NCBI GenBank assembly: GCA_027081275.1
Contig: JALWKV010000002.1
Span: 1,071-65,070, forward strand
Reading direction: 5' to 3'
DNA length: 64,000 nt
From: Gammaproteobacteria bacterium
Lineage (GTDB): Bacteria; Pseudomonadota; Gammaproteobacteria; UWMA-0217
Below are positions 1 to 8,513 of this stretch, in pieces. Within the stretch, counting starts at the first letter, position 1. Every line of letters starts with the position of its first letter. Position numbers and translations under genes: made by a program. Below the pieces are notes generated by a model. It was not told where the DNA came from. It did not search any database and was given only the letters and a program-made list of their open reading frames with translations.

Positions 1-194
1 AGGCGGGTGTCGCGGGCAACGATGATCTGTTGCTCGCCGAGATCGCGCAGCGTGCTGCCGAAGCCGCACCCGATCAGGCGGACGGTCTCCTCGTCGAGGC
101 TGACATCGACGACGCCGCGAATGTCGTACTTGCGGAAGATGGTTGCGGCGATCGTCCCGGTCGCGGCCTCGCTACTGTTTGCCAGTATGACCAA
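1..194 (-). CDS. algC: phosphomannomutase/phosphoglucomutase, N-terminal fragment (gene runs off the window start)
   Basis: Minus-strand translation gives ...[20 protein letters not shown]..., the conserved PMM/PGM N-terminal motif. It sits downstream of dut as in Pseudomonas. The start codon is uncertain; no ATG is visible, so it may be TTG/CTG overlapping the 3' end of dut. Confidence 0.5.
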   Translation of the reverse strand, partial: MVILANSSEAATGTIAATIFRKYDIRGVVDVSLDEETVRLIGCGFGSTLRDLGEQQIIVARDTR

Positions 195-627
195 AGCCCC
201 CTTCACCCCTCTCGCTGGCGACGAATTCGTCGACGATGTTGAAACTGGCCTGGATGACCGGAATGACCACCAGCTGGGCGATGCGGTCGCCGGGCTGGAT
301 CGTGAATGTCGTCTCACCGCGATTCCAGCAGGAGACGTAGATCTGCCCCTGGTAGTCGGAGTCGATCAGGCCGACCAGGTTGCCGAGCACGATGCCGTGC
401 TTGTGGCCCAGCCCCGAGCGCGGCAGGATCGTCGCCGCCAGCCCCGGATCGCCCAGATGGATGGCGATGCCGGTGGGAATCAGCTCGGTCTGGCCCGGCG
501 CCAGCGTTACCGGGCCGTCGCAGCAGGCACGCAGATCCATCCCCGCCGAGCCGGGCGTGGCGTAGTGGGGCAGCGGAAAGTCGCTGCCGATGCGCGGGTC
601 GATTATCTTGATGTCAATCTGGTGCAT
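172..627 (-). CDS. dut: dUTP diphosphatase
   Basis: [35 protein letters not shown]... aligns with Dut along its full length. The ATG at 627 is preferred over the GTG at 636 used in the ORF track. Confidence 0.9.
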   Translation of the reverse strand: MHQIDIKIIDPRIGSDFPLPHYATPGSAGMDLRACCDGPVTLAPGQTELIPTGIAIHLGDPGLAATILPRSGLGHKHGIVLGNLVGLIDSDYQGQIYVSCWNRGETTFTIQPGDRIAQLVVIPVIQASFNIVDEFVASERGEGGFGHTGKQ

Positions 628-650
628 GGGCGCCACTTTTTCTCTTGATA

Positions 651-933
651 AGAGACTGTTGCAAACACCCTCTCCCCACCGGGGAGAGGGTTTGGGAGAG
701 GGGGTAAAGCACTGTTTTCATCCTCTCTCCACCCCTCTCCATCAGAGGTTGACGCAAAAGTGATAACTTTGCGGCAACCTCACGCAGCACAAGGATGTGC
801 TGCCAGAAACAACGACAATAAGTTGTTGTTTCTGTGAGAAAAGGAAGAATCGCACTTTTTCCTTTTCGTGTATCGCAAAATCCTGGACAAACTTTTGCGA
901 CACCCTCTCAAGGAAGAGGGAGTTTTTCGAGAC
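651..933. repeat. Mosaic intergenic repeat (modules A+B), hairpin-rich and MITE-like, flanked by the 9-bp direct repeat CTCTTGATA (642-650 and 934-942)
   Basis: It contains ccctctcccc..ggggagaggg hairpins and a gtcgcaaaag...cttttgcgac module. It is ~85-90% identical to segments at 3671-3830 and 46781-46935. Confidence 0.6.
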
Positions 934-2122
934 TCTCTTGATAGCGTTCGGCGATCAGTTCGATCAACTGCTGCGCGAGCCGCGTTTTCGTCGTTACCGG
1001 CAGGCTGCGGTGGCCGCCCGGCCAGAAGACCTCCAGCGAGTTGTCGTCGCGGTCGAAACCGAGCCCGTCGCCGACCGGGTTGGCGGCGATCAGGTCCAGC
1101 CGCTTGCGCTCGAGCTTGTCGCGCGCGTGCTCGGCCAGGTTTTCGGTCTCCGCCGCGAAGCCGACGCAGAACAGCGCCGGAAAGGCGGCGCTGACGTCGC
1201 CGAGTATGTCCGGGTTGCGCTCCAGCGTCAGCGTCAATGTTTCCGCCGTCTTCTTGATCTTCTGCCCGGCGGGCGTGGCGGGGCGATAGTCGCTGACCGC
1301 GGCCGTGGCGATGAATATGTCCTGCCCGGCCGCTTCGGCCATCGTGGCATTATGCATCTGCGCCGTCGTCTCAACGTCGATGCGTTTCACATCCGCTGGC
1401 GTCGGCTGCGCCGTCGGCCCGGCGATGATGGTAACGTCGGCGCCGGCGTCGATGGCGGCGCGGGCCAGCGCCATGCCCATCTTGCCCGAGCTGCGGTTGC
1501 TTAGAAAACGGACCGGGTCGATAGGCTCCCGTGTCGGTCCGAGGGTGATCAGCAGGCGTCTGCCGGCCAGCGCGCCGGAGGCAAAGAGAGCGGTGGCCGC
1601 GGCGGTGATCTCGGCCGGTTCGGCCATGCGGCCGGGGCCGGCCTCGCCGCAGGCCTGCTCGCCGCTGTCGGGGCCGACGAGCCGCACGCCCCGTTCGGTC
1701 AGCAGTTCGATGTTTCGCTGCGTTGCCGGATGCGTCCACATCTGCCGGTTCATCGCCGGCGCGGCGAGAATCGGCGCCGTGGTGGCGAGGCAGAGCGTGC
1801 TGAGCAGGTCGTCCGCCAGCCCCTGCGCCAGCCGCGCCAATGTGTTGGCGGAGGCCGGCGCGATGACCACCAGATCGGCCCAGCGCGCCAGCTCGATATG
1901 GCCCATTGCCGCTTCGTGGGCGGGGTCGAAGAGGGCACCGCGGACTGCGTGGCCGCTCAACGCCTGCAGCGTCATCGGCGTGATGAAGGCTTCGGCTGCG
2001 GCGGTCATGACGACGCGCACATCGGCGCCGGCGCGCTTCAGCAGCCGGGTCAGCTCCGCCGACTTGTAGGCGGCGATGCCGCCGGTGACGCCGAGCAGGA
2101 TCTTTCTCTGTTGCAGTGACAT
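908..2122 (-). CDS. coaBC: bifunctional phosphopantothenoylcysteine decarboxylase / phosphopantothenate-cysteine ligase
   Basis: [19 protein letters not shown]... flavoprotein N-terminal domain plus CoaB C-terminal domain, 404 aa. The last ~9 codons lie inside the repeat at 651-933. Confidence 0.9.
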   Translation of the reverse strand: MSLQQRKILLGVTGGIAAYKSAELTRLLKRAGADVRVVMTAAAEAFITPMTLQALSGHAVRGALFDPAHEAAMGHIELARWADLVVIAPASANTLARLAQGLADDLLSTLCLATTAPILAAPAMNRQMWTHPATQRNIELLTERGVRLVGPDSGEQACGEAGPGRMAEPAEITAAATALFASGALAGRRLLITLGPTREPIDPVRFLSNRSSGKMGMALARAAIDAGADVTIIAGPTAQPTPADVKRIDVETTAQMHNATMAEAAGQDIFIATAAVSDYRPATPAGQKIKKTAETLTLTLERNPDILGDVSAAFPALFCVGFAAETENLAEHARDKLERKRLDLIAANPVGDGLGFDRDDNSLEVFWPGGHRSLPVTTKTRLAQQLIELIAERYQESLEKLPLP

Positions 2123-2212
2123 GCCGGATTATCCCGGGTTGTGAATGCTTCAACTGATTGTACCGGCATCGGCAGGCTAATGTTGCGGCTGGAATCGGGA
2201 CGGAGGAGAGGG

Positions 2213-2884
2213 ATGTCCATTACCGACTGGCCGGCCGACGAGCGTCCGCGTGAAAAGCTGATCCAGCGCGGCGCGGCGGCGCTGTCCGATGCCGAGCTGC
2301 TGGCGATCTTTCTGCGCACCGGCACGCAGGGCAAGACCGCCGTCGATCTGGCGCGGGAGCTGCTCGATCGCTACGGTTCGCTGCGCGCGTTGCTGGAGGA
2401 TGACGCCGACGGCTTCTGCGCCAACCGTGGTCTGGGACTAGCCAAGTACGCCCAGTTGCAGGCGGTGCTGGAGATGGCCAAACGGCATCTGCAGGAGCGC
2501 CTGCGGCGGGGAGACGCCTTTACCGATCCGACCGGCGCCCGGCAGTTTCTGCAGCAGCAGTTGCGTCACCGCGATGTCGAGATCTTCGCCTGCCTCTTTC
2601 TCGATACCCGCCATCGCCTGATCGAATTCTCCGAGCTTTTCAGCGGCACCATCGACGGCGCCAGCGTGCATCCCCGGGAGGTGGTGAAAAAGGCGCTGGC
2701 GCTGAATGCAGCGGCGGTGATTCTGGCGCATAATCATCCTTCAGGCATTGCCGAACCGAGCGTCGCGGATCAGCGCATCACCCAGCGCCTCAAGGATGCG
2801 CTGGCGCTGGTCGACGTAAGGGTGCTCGACCATATCGTCGTCGGCGACGACTGCGTTTCGATGGCGGAGCGCGGCATGATCTGA
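2213..2884 (+). CDS. radC: RadC-family JAMM-like protein (UPF0758)
   Basis: The HNHPSG motif and a C-terminal JAMM domain are present. It is divergent from coaBC as in E. coli and Pseudomonas. The start is chosen at [16 protein letters not shown]. Confidence 0.8.
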   Translation: MSITDWPADERPREKLIQRGAAALSDAELLAIFLRTGTQGKTAVDLARELLDRYGSLRALLEDDADGFCANRGLGLAKYAQLQAVLEMAKRHLQERLRRGDAFTDPTGARQFLQQQLRHRDVEIFACLFLDTRHRLIEFSELFSGTIDGASVHPREVVKKALALNAAAVILAHNHPSGIAEPSVADQRITQRLKDALALVDVRVLDHIVVGDDCVSMAERGMI

Positions 2885-2899
2885 CTCCGGAGGCTAGCG

Positions 2900-3490
2900 A
2901 TGAAACATCTCAAATATCTTGGCGCGGCGCTGTGCCTGCTTCCTGTTCTGCTGCATGCGGACTGGTACCCCTTTGGCGACGATGACAGCAGTTACGAATA
3001 CTGGGACGGCGCCACCTACGGCCAGGGCCAGGGCTATGGCGAGGGTTACGGTTATGGCTATGGTGACAGCCGCTATCGTGGCGACGGGCGTGGCCGCGGT
3101 GATTCGGCCTTTGGTTCCATGTCCGATGCGATGAGCGACTTCATGACCAACGGCGTCGGCGACATCTTTGGCGATATCGAGCTGGACTTCGAACTGAAGG
3201 CCCGCGCCCGCGGCAAGGGCAGCGGTTCCGGCAGGGCGCGTGGCAAGAGCGACTCCCGCGCCGAGTACTACAGCAGCGGCTCGGGCTACGGTGGCTATCT
3301 TGGGGAGTACTACGGCGAGGGCGCCGGAACGGGCTATGGCAGCGGCATCGAATACTACGACGGCGGCTGGGAGGGGTACGGCTACTCCGATGGTTACGAA
3401 GGCGGCTACTATCCCTATGGCGTCGATCCCGCCTGGGGTTATGGCTATGTTCCGCCGTATTACCAGTCATATGGTTACCTGCCGTACTAG
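2900..3490 (+). CDS. secreted Gly/Tyr-rich low-complexity protein (GYG / YGxG repeats), unknown function
   Basis: It has an N-terminal signal peptide (MKHLKYLGAALCLLPVLLHA), and about half of the mature protein is Gly or Tyr (GYGEGYGYGYGD, YGGYLGEYYGEGAGTGYGSG, a C-terminal YYQSYGYLPY). A GGAGG ribosome-binding site lies 7 nt upstream, and only 15 bp separate it from the radC stop. Confidence 0.6.
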   Translation: MKHLKYLGAALCLLPVLLHADWYPFGDDDSSYEYWDGATYGQGQGYGEGYGYGYGDSRYRGDGRGRGDSAFGSMSDAMSDFMTNGVGDIFGDIELDFELKARARGKGSGSGRARGKSDSRAEYYSSGSGYGGYLGEYYGEGAGTGYGSGIEYYDGGWEGYGYSDGYEGGYYPYGVDPAWGYGYVPPYYQSYGYLPY

Positions 3491-3667
3491 CCCGGATTTC
3501 TCACCACCCTTCTACTGCGACGTTCCAATGGCGCGCCCTGGCCGGTTTTCGCTCGGTCGGAGTGCTCGACATAGTGTCGGCTATGCCTGCGCGCTCCTCG
3601 GTCGTGAAAGCCACCCATGCCGCACCCTTGATCTGTCTCGCTACGAACGGTGGTGAGAAATGCGGGG
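3491..3667 (+). mobile_element. MITE-like element family C, copy 1 (~177 bp, terminal inverted repeats CCCGSATTTCTCACCACC)
   Basis: The terminal inverted repeats are cccggatttctcaccaccc ... ggtggtgagaaatgcgggg. It is ~95% identical to an inverted copy at 38733-38916. It begins immediately after the TAG stop of the upstream gene. Confidence 0.65.
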
Positions 3668-3670
3668 TAG

Positions 3671-3830
3671 AGGCTGTCGCAAAAGCGGTAGCTTTGCGGC
3701 AACCTCGCGCAGCACAGGGATGTGCTGCCAGAAACAACGACAATAAGTCGTTGTTTCTGTGAGAAAAGGGAAAATCGCACTTTTTTCGCGTGTCGCAAAC
3801 GTCCTGGATGGACTTTTGCGACACCCTCCA
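3671..3830. repeat. Repeat module B copy (gtcgcaaaag ... ctgccagaaacaacgacaataagtYgttgtttctg hairpin ... cttttgcgac)
   Basis: It is nearly identical to positions ~765-915 within the repeat at 651-933. Confidence 0.55.
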
Positions 3831-3859
3831 CTAGGGTGGGGCGCCCATATGACAGTCGG

Positions 3860-5275
<1,416 letters not shown>

Positions 5276-5463
5276 GTTCGTTCTCCCGGTTCAGGGCGCG
5301 GCGGAATGGCCGAACCTGACTGTTGGGATGCTAGCAGCTAAATGGTAGCGGGGGAGGGGCGCGACGGTCGTAAATGGCATCTGCTCGCAGAACGATAGTT
5401 CCGGCGGAACCTATCCGCCTGTTGCGAAGCGGGGGAGCGGCCGGGAGTAACCGTTCCGGCAGA

Positions 5464-6867
5464 TCAGAAGCGATACGGCATGCGCAGGCCGAAGGTGAAG
5501 TCGGGTGCGTCGTCGGTCAGGCCGATACCCACGGTCCCAGCGATCGACAGGTGTTTGCCAAGGCTCTGGGTGACGCCGGTGTTGAACATGGCCGAGTTGG
5601 CGTCGCTGCCGGTTACGCTGGTCCAGCCACTGCCGGCGGTGCGGGTGCGGGTCTTGCTGGTCAGCTTGTGGCTGAAAGAGAGGCTCAGGCTGGTGTTTTC
5701 GTTCATCGCGATCGCCATGCCGAGGCCATAGCTCACCGAGTCGCCGAGGTCGATATCGCCGGCGGTGCGTGTCGCCGGGTCGGAATCGACGTCGGAGAAT
5801 GACTCCTTGCGGGTGTAGCCGATGCCGAAGTTGCCGAACAGCACAGCCGGGTCGCTGACCCTGACGAACGAGACGCCGGTATTGAGCGACCAGACGCCGC
5901 TGCCGGTCGGCAGGTTGGCTGGGACCGAGAAGGTCGTTACACCGTCCTGATCCTTTTCGATGATCTGAACGGGAACCCCGTACGGGTGCTTGCCGGTCGG
6001 TGCGGTGATGTCGATGTTCCAGACCCAGTCGAGCTTGCGCGCCGTTGGGAGCAAGCGGTAGCTCATGCCGAAGGAGGCGTCCCCGAGCGCCGGTTGCCGG
6101 GTGACGTCGGTTTCGCTGGTTGCCGTTGCGACGCCTCCGACACCGCCCTTGGCGTAGGTCGTGCTGCGGTAGACCAGTGGCGTCGTCAGGTTCAGTACCA
6201 TGCGGTTCGACACGCCATAGCGCGCTGTCAGCGAATAGGTGAGCGTGTCCGAAGCAACGCCCTCGACAGCCAGATTGCCGAGAAAGATGGCGTCGAGCGC
6301 GAGAAAGCCGTTCAGCGTCAGCTGGGTACGGTCATAGCGGCTGTAGTCGAGCGCCGACTCCAGCGTGAAGGTTTGGTTGAAAGAGGGGTGCTCCGCGTCG
6401 ATCAGATCTTCGACATTGCGAGAAATCGCCGCCACATCTCTCGCCTTTTTCCGATCGGTGCCGACCTGCTTGCCCGATGATGGGGGCGATGCTGGAGTCG
6501 TGTGCTGGCCTGAAGTCTGTTGGGAGCTCGGGGCTGCGGTGGATCGATGAGCATCGCTCCCGGTGAGCGCCTTCAGTTTGAGGTCGAGTGCCCGCAGTTT
6601 TCTCAGGTCGTTGTTGTATTGCCTTCGCAATAACAGCATTTCCTGTTCCAGTTGTTGTCGCGTGACGGTCGGTCCATCGTTCTTGTTTTGAGTATTGTCC
6701 TTGGATGTTGCCGATGAAACGGTTGCAGCTGTCCTCCCTGTTGAAAGCCCCCATTCCCTTTGCGAAGCTGATGAGCTGGTATCGGCCGCAAAAGAAGACG
6801 TGGCGACAATGGCGATTAGTATGGCCGCAGCGGCAGCCTTTGGGCCGAAATCCTTTTCAACTATCAT
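5464..6867 (-). CDS. fapF: FapF-like outer-membrane amyloid secretion pore
   Basis: It has a signal peptide, a coiled-coil segment (LEQEMLLLRRQYNNDLRKLRALDLKLKAL), a Ser/Thr/Pro/Ala-rich linker and a beta-barrel ending in ...MPYRF (C-terminal Phe). It is the last gene of the operon, as in Pseudomonas fap. Confidence 0.8.
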   Translation of the reverse strand: MIVEKDFGPKAAAAAILIAIVATSSFAADTSSSASQREWGLSTGRTAATVSSATSKDNTQNKNDGPTVTRQQLEQEMLLLRRQYNNDLRKLRALDLKLKALTGSDAHRSTAAPSSQQTSGQHTTPASPPSSGKQVGTDRKKARDVAAISRNVEDLIDAEHPSFNQTFTLESALDYSRYDRTQLTLNGFLALDAIFLGNLAVEGVASDTLTYSLTARYGVSNRMVLNLTTPLVYRSTTYAKGGVGGVATATSETDVTRQPALGDASFGMSYRLLPTARKLDWVWNIDITAPTGKHPYGVPVQIIEKDQDGVTTFSVPANLPTGSGVWSLNTGVSFVRVSDPAVLFGNFGIGYTRKESFSDVDSDPATRTAGDIDLGDSVSYGLGMAIAMNENTSLSLSFSHKLTSKTRTRTAGSGWTSVTGSDANSAMFNTGVTQSLGKHLSIAGTVGIGLTDDAPDFTFGLRMPYRF

Positions 6868-6921
6868 GAGTACATCCTGTTTTGGGAAGTGCTTGGCGGA
6901 AAAGGCGCTGCCAAGCGGGGG

Positions 6922-7713
6922 CTACAATCCTCGCAAACCGCTCAATGAAACGCCAAGAATCCTGCTCAGATTGGTCGACTCGTTGCCCGGTTTCATCAGA
7001 ATTGAGAGCTGCATACGGTTCGATATGGTGTGCGCATCGCCCAGCGTGCGGATCGACTGATGCGCGCCGCGACCCGTTCCGCCGATGACGGCGCCGCGAA
7101 TCGACTGCTGGACGACGCCTTGTCCCGCAATGGAGAGCGTTACCATCACGCCGCGCTCGTCGAGCCCAGAGCTGGCGGTAGCACCGGTGTTGTCGGTCAT
7201 GGTGCGGGAGACCGCTTCGGTCCCGCTGTCCCGCGACTCGGGCATGCTGTCGAGCATTCTGATGCCGAGCGTGTTCGAGGCCTGATTGAAATCACCGGCC
7301 ACCTGAATGGTCTGTCCCAGACCGGTCACGTTGTCGATGCCGCCCGGTTCGATGTGCCGGTCGGTGGGCGCCGCGCGTGTCGGAGTGCGGCCGCTGGATA
7401 CGATGCTCACGGTTGGCGTGAAGCTGACGGTGGGCGTGCCGCCGCCGGAAAAGTCCAGCCCGAGCCTGGCGCCACCCGATAGCTGCTGTCCCTGCGCCGT
7501 TTGCCACCTGCTCGCCATTTCCACGCCGAAATAGAGTACGCGATGGGTATCGACGACATATTTCCCCCTGATCTGCGCCATTTCCGGGTTGGTCAGCAGT
7601 GAGATGCCATTGCCCACGCTGCCATCGCCGGGCGCCGCCAGCAGCGCCGCTGGCGCCGCGGGCATCAATATCCCGGCGAGGAGATGGGCGATCAACCTCT
7701 TTCTCGTTTTCAT
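6922..7713 (-). CDS. fapE: FapE-like secreted protein
   Basis: It has a signal peptide, is 263 aa, and sits between the C39 peptidase gene and the fapF-like gene, the canonical fapE position. Any sequence similarity could not be checked. Confidence 0.55.
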   Translation of the reverse strand: MKTRKRLIAHLLAGILMPAAPAALLAAPGDGSVGNGISLLTNPEMAQIRGKYVVDTHRVLYFGVEMASRWQTAQGQQLSGGARLGLDFSGGGTPTVSFTPTVSIVSSGRTPTRAAPTDRHIEPGGIDNVTGLGQTIQVAGDFNQASNTLGIRMLDSMPESRDSGTEAVSRTMTDNTGATASSGLDERGVMVTLSIAGQGVVQQSIRGAVIGGTGRGAHQSIRTLGDAHTISNRMQLSILMKPGNESTNLSRILGVSLSGLRGL

Positions 7714-7725
7714 TTGTTGTGTTCC

Positions 7726-8430
7726 TCAGAAAAGGTCCGCATGAGTAAAACCGAAATCCAGCAGTTCCGAATCTGGTATCGCGGCCTGTTTTTCCAGCCA
7801 TTGATTGGCGCTGAGCCTGAACGGCATTTTCAGCAGTGCGGTGTTGCGATCGAAGCCGCTGCCGATGACAGCGAAAATCACCCGGTTGGCCCAGGCTTTG
7901 CGGAATGCTTCGAGATCCATCACCTTGTTGCCCAGTACCGGGTCGGCGAGAAACGCCTCGCCATCATGGATGCGTTTCAGAACGGAGAAATGCCGGTAGC
8001 CATCGATGTCCACCAGGACGATGACCGGGATCTTCAGTCTCTTCAGACGCTCCTCGGTAAGGCGATAACCGCGCCCGCGCAGCCCCAGTGATCCGACGTA
8101 GCGCTTCATGTCGAGCATCGAGAATCCTTTGCGTCGCACGATTTCTGCGTCGCCGGCATTGAGCATGCCCTGCATGATGACTTCTTCGGTCGCATCCATG
8201 CCGTAGCCGTACTTCAGAATCGTGGCCAGTGCCGCCGCGCCGCAGCTGTAGTCCGTTTGTTGCCTGATCACATTGGCGTATTTTGCTTCCTGCATGCTGA
8301 CGACGCGGCTGGTGTAGAGCCCGCCGAAAGCGGTTACGCCCGAGAACTGGACGTTTCCGGCGCCGGCGGTTGTCCCCGACAGGTACATCGCCGATGCCAG
8401 TAGTGCTGTGACGAAAGACTTGCGTTGCAT
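7726..8430 (-). CDS. fapD: FapD-like periplasmic C39-family cysteine peptidase
   Basis: It has a signal peptide and the peptidase C39 catalytic region ...QQTDYSCGAAALATILKYGYG... Confidence 0.8.
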   Translation of the reverse strand: MQRKSFVTALLASAMYLSGTTAGAGNVQFSGVTAFGGLYTSRVVSMQEAKYANVIRQQTDYSCGAAALATILKYGYGMDATEEVIMQGMLNAGDAEIVRRKGFSMLDMKRYVGSLGLRGRGYRLTEERLKRLKIPVIVLVDIDGYRHFSVLKRIHDGEAFLADPVLGNKVMDLEAFRKAWANRVIFAVIGSGFDRNTALLKMPFRLSANQWLEKQAAIPDSELLDFGFTHADLF

Positions 8431-8513
8431 GAGACCGGCCTCGCTGACTGGAATGTGTGTTTGGATGCCGGGGCCGAAGGCGTCGGCCCCGGTGCGCTTG
8501 ACGCGATGCTCCG

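Noticed and set aside
7-648. 213-aa plus-strand ORF covering dut
   Set aside because: It is antisense to a well-supported dut and algC, and its Arg/Ala-rich composition is typical of GC-rich antisense frames.
1305-2153. 254-aa plus-strand and 260-aa minus-strand ORFs inside coaBC
   Set aside because: They are alternative or antisense frames of a confidently identified gene, with Arg/Pro-rich low-complexity translations.
3562-3762. Small ORF MLDIVSAMPARSSVVKATHAAPL..., which also forms the N-terminus of the 365-aa minus-strand ORF 37745-38842
   Set aside because: The shared N-terminus is encoded entirely by the two MITE-C copies. The long version is antisense to ccoP. It is therefore a repeat-derived artefact, not a gene.
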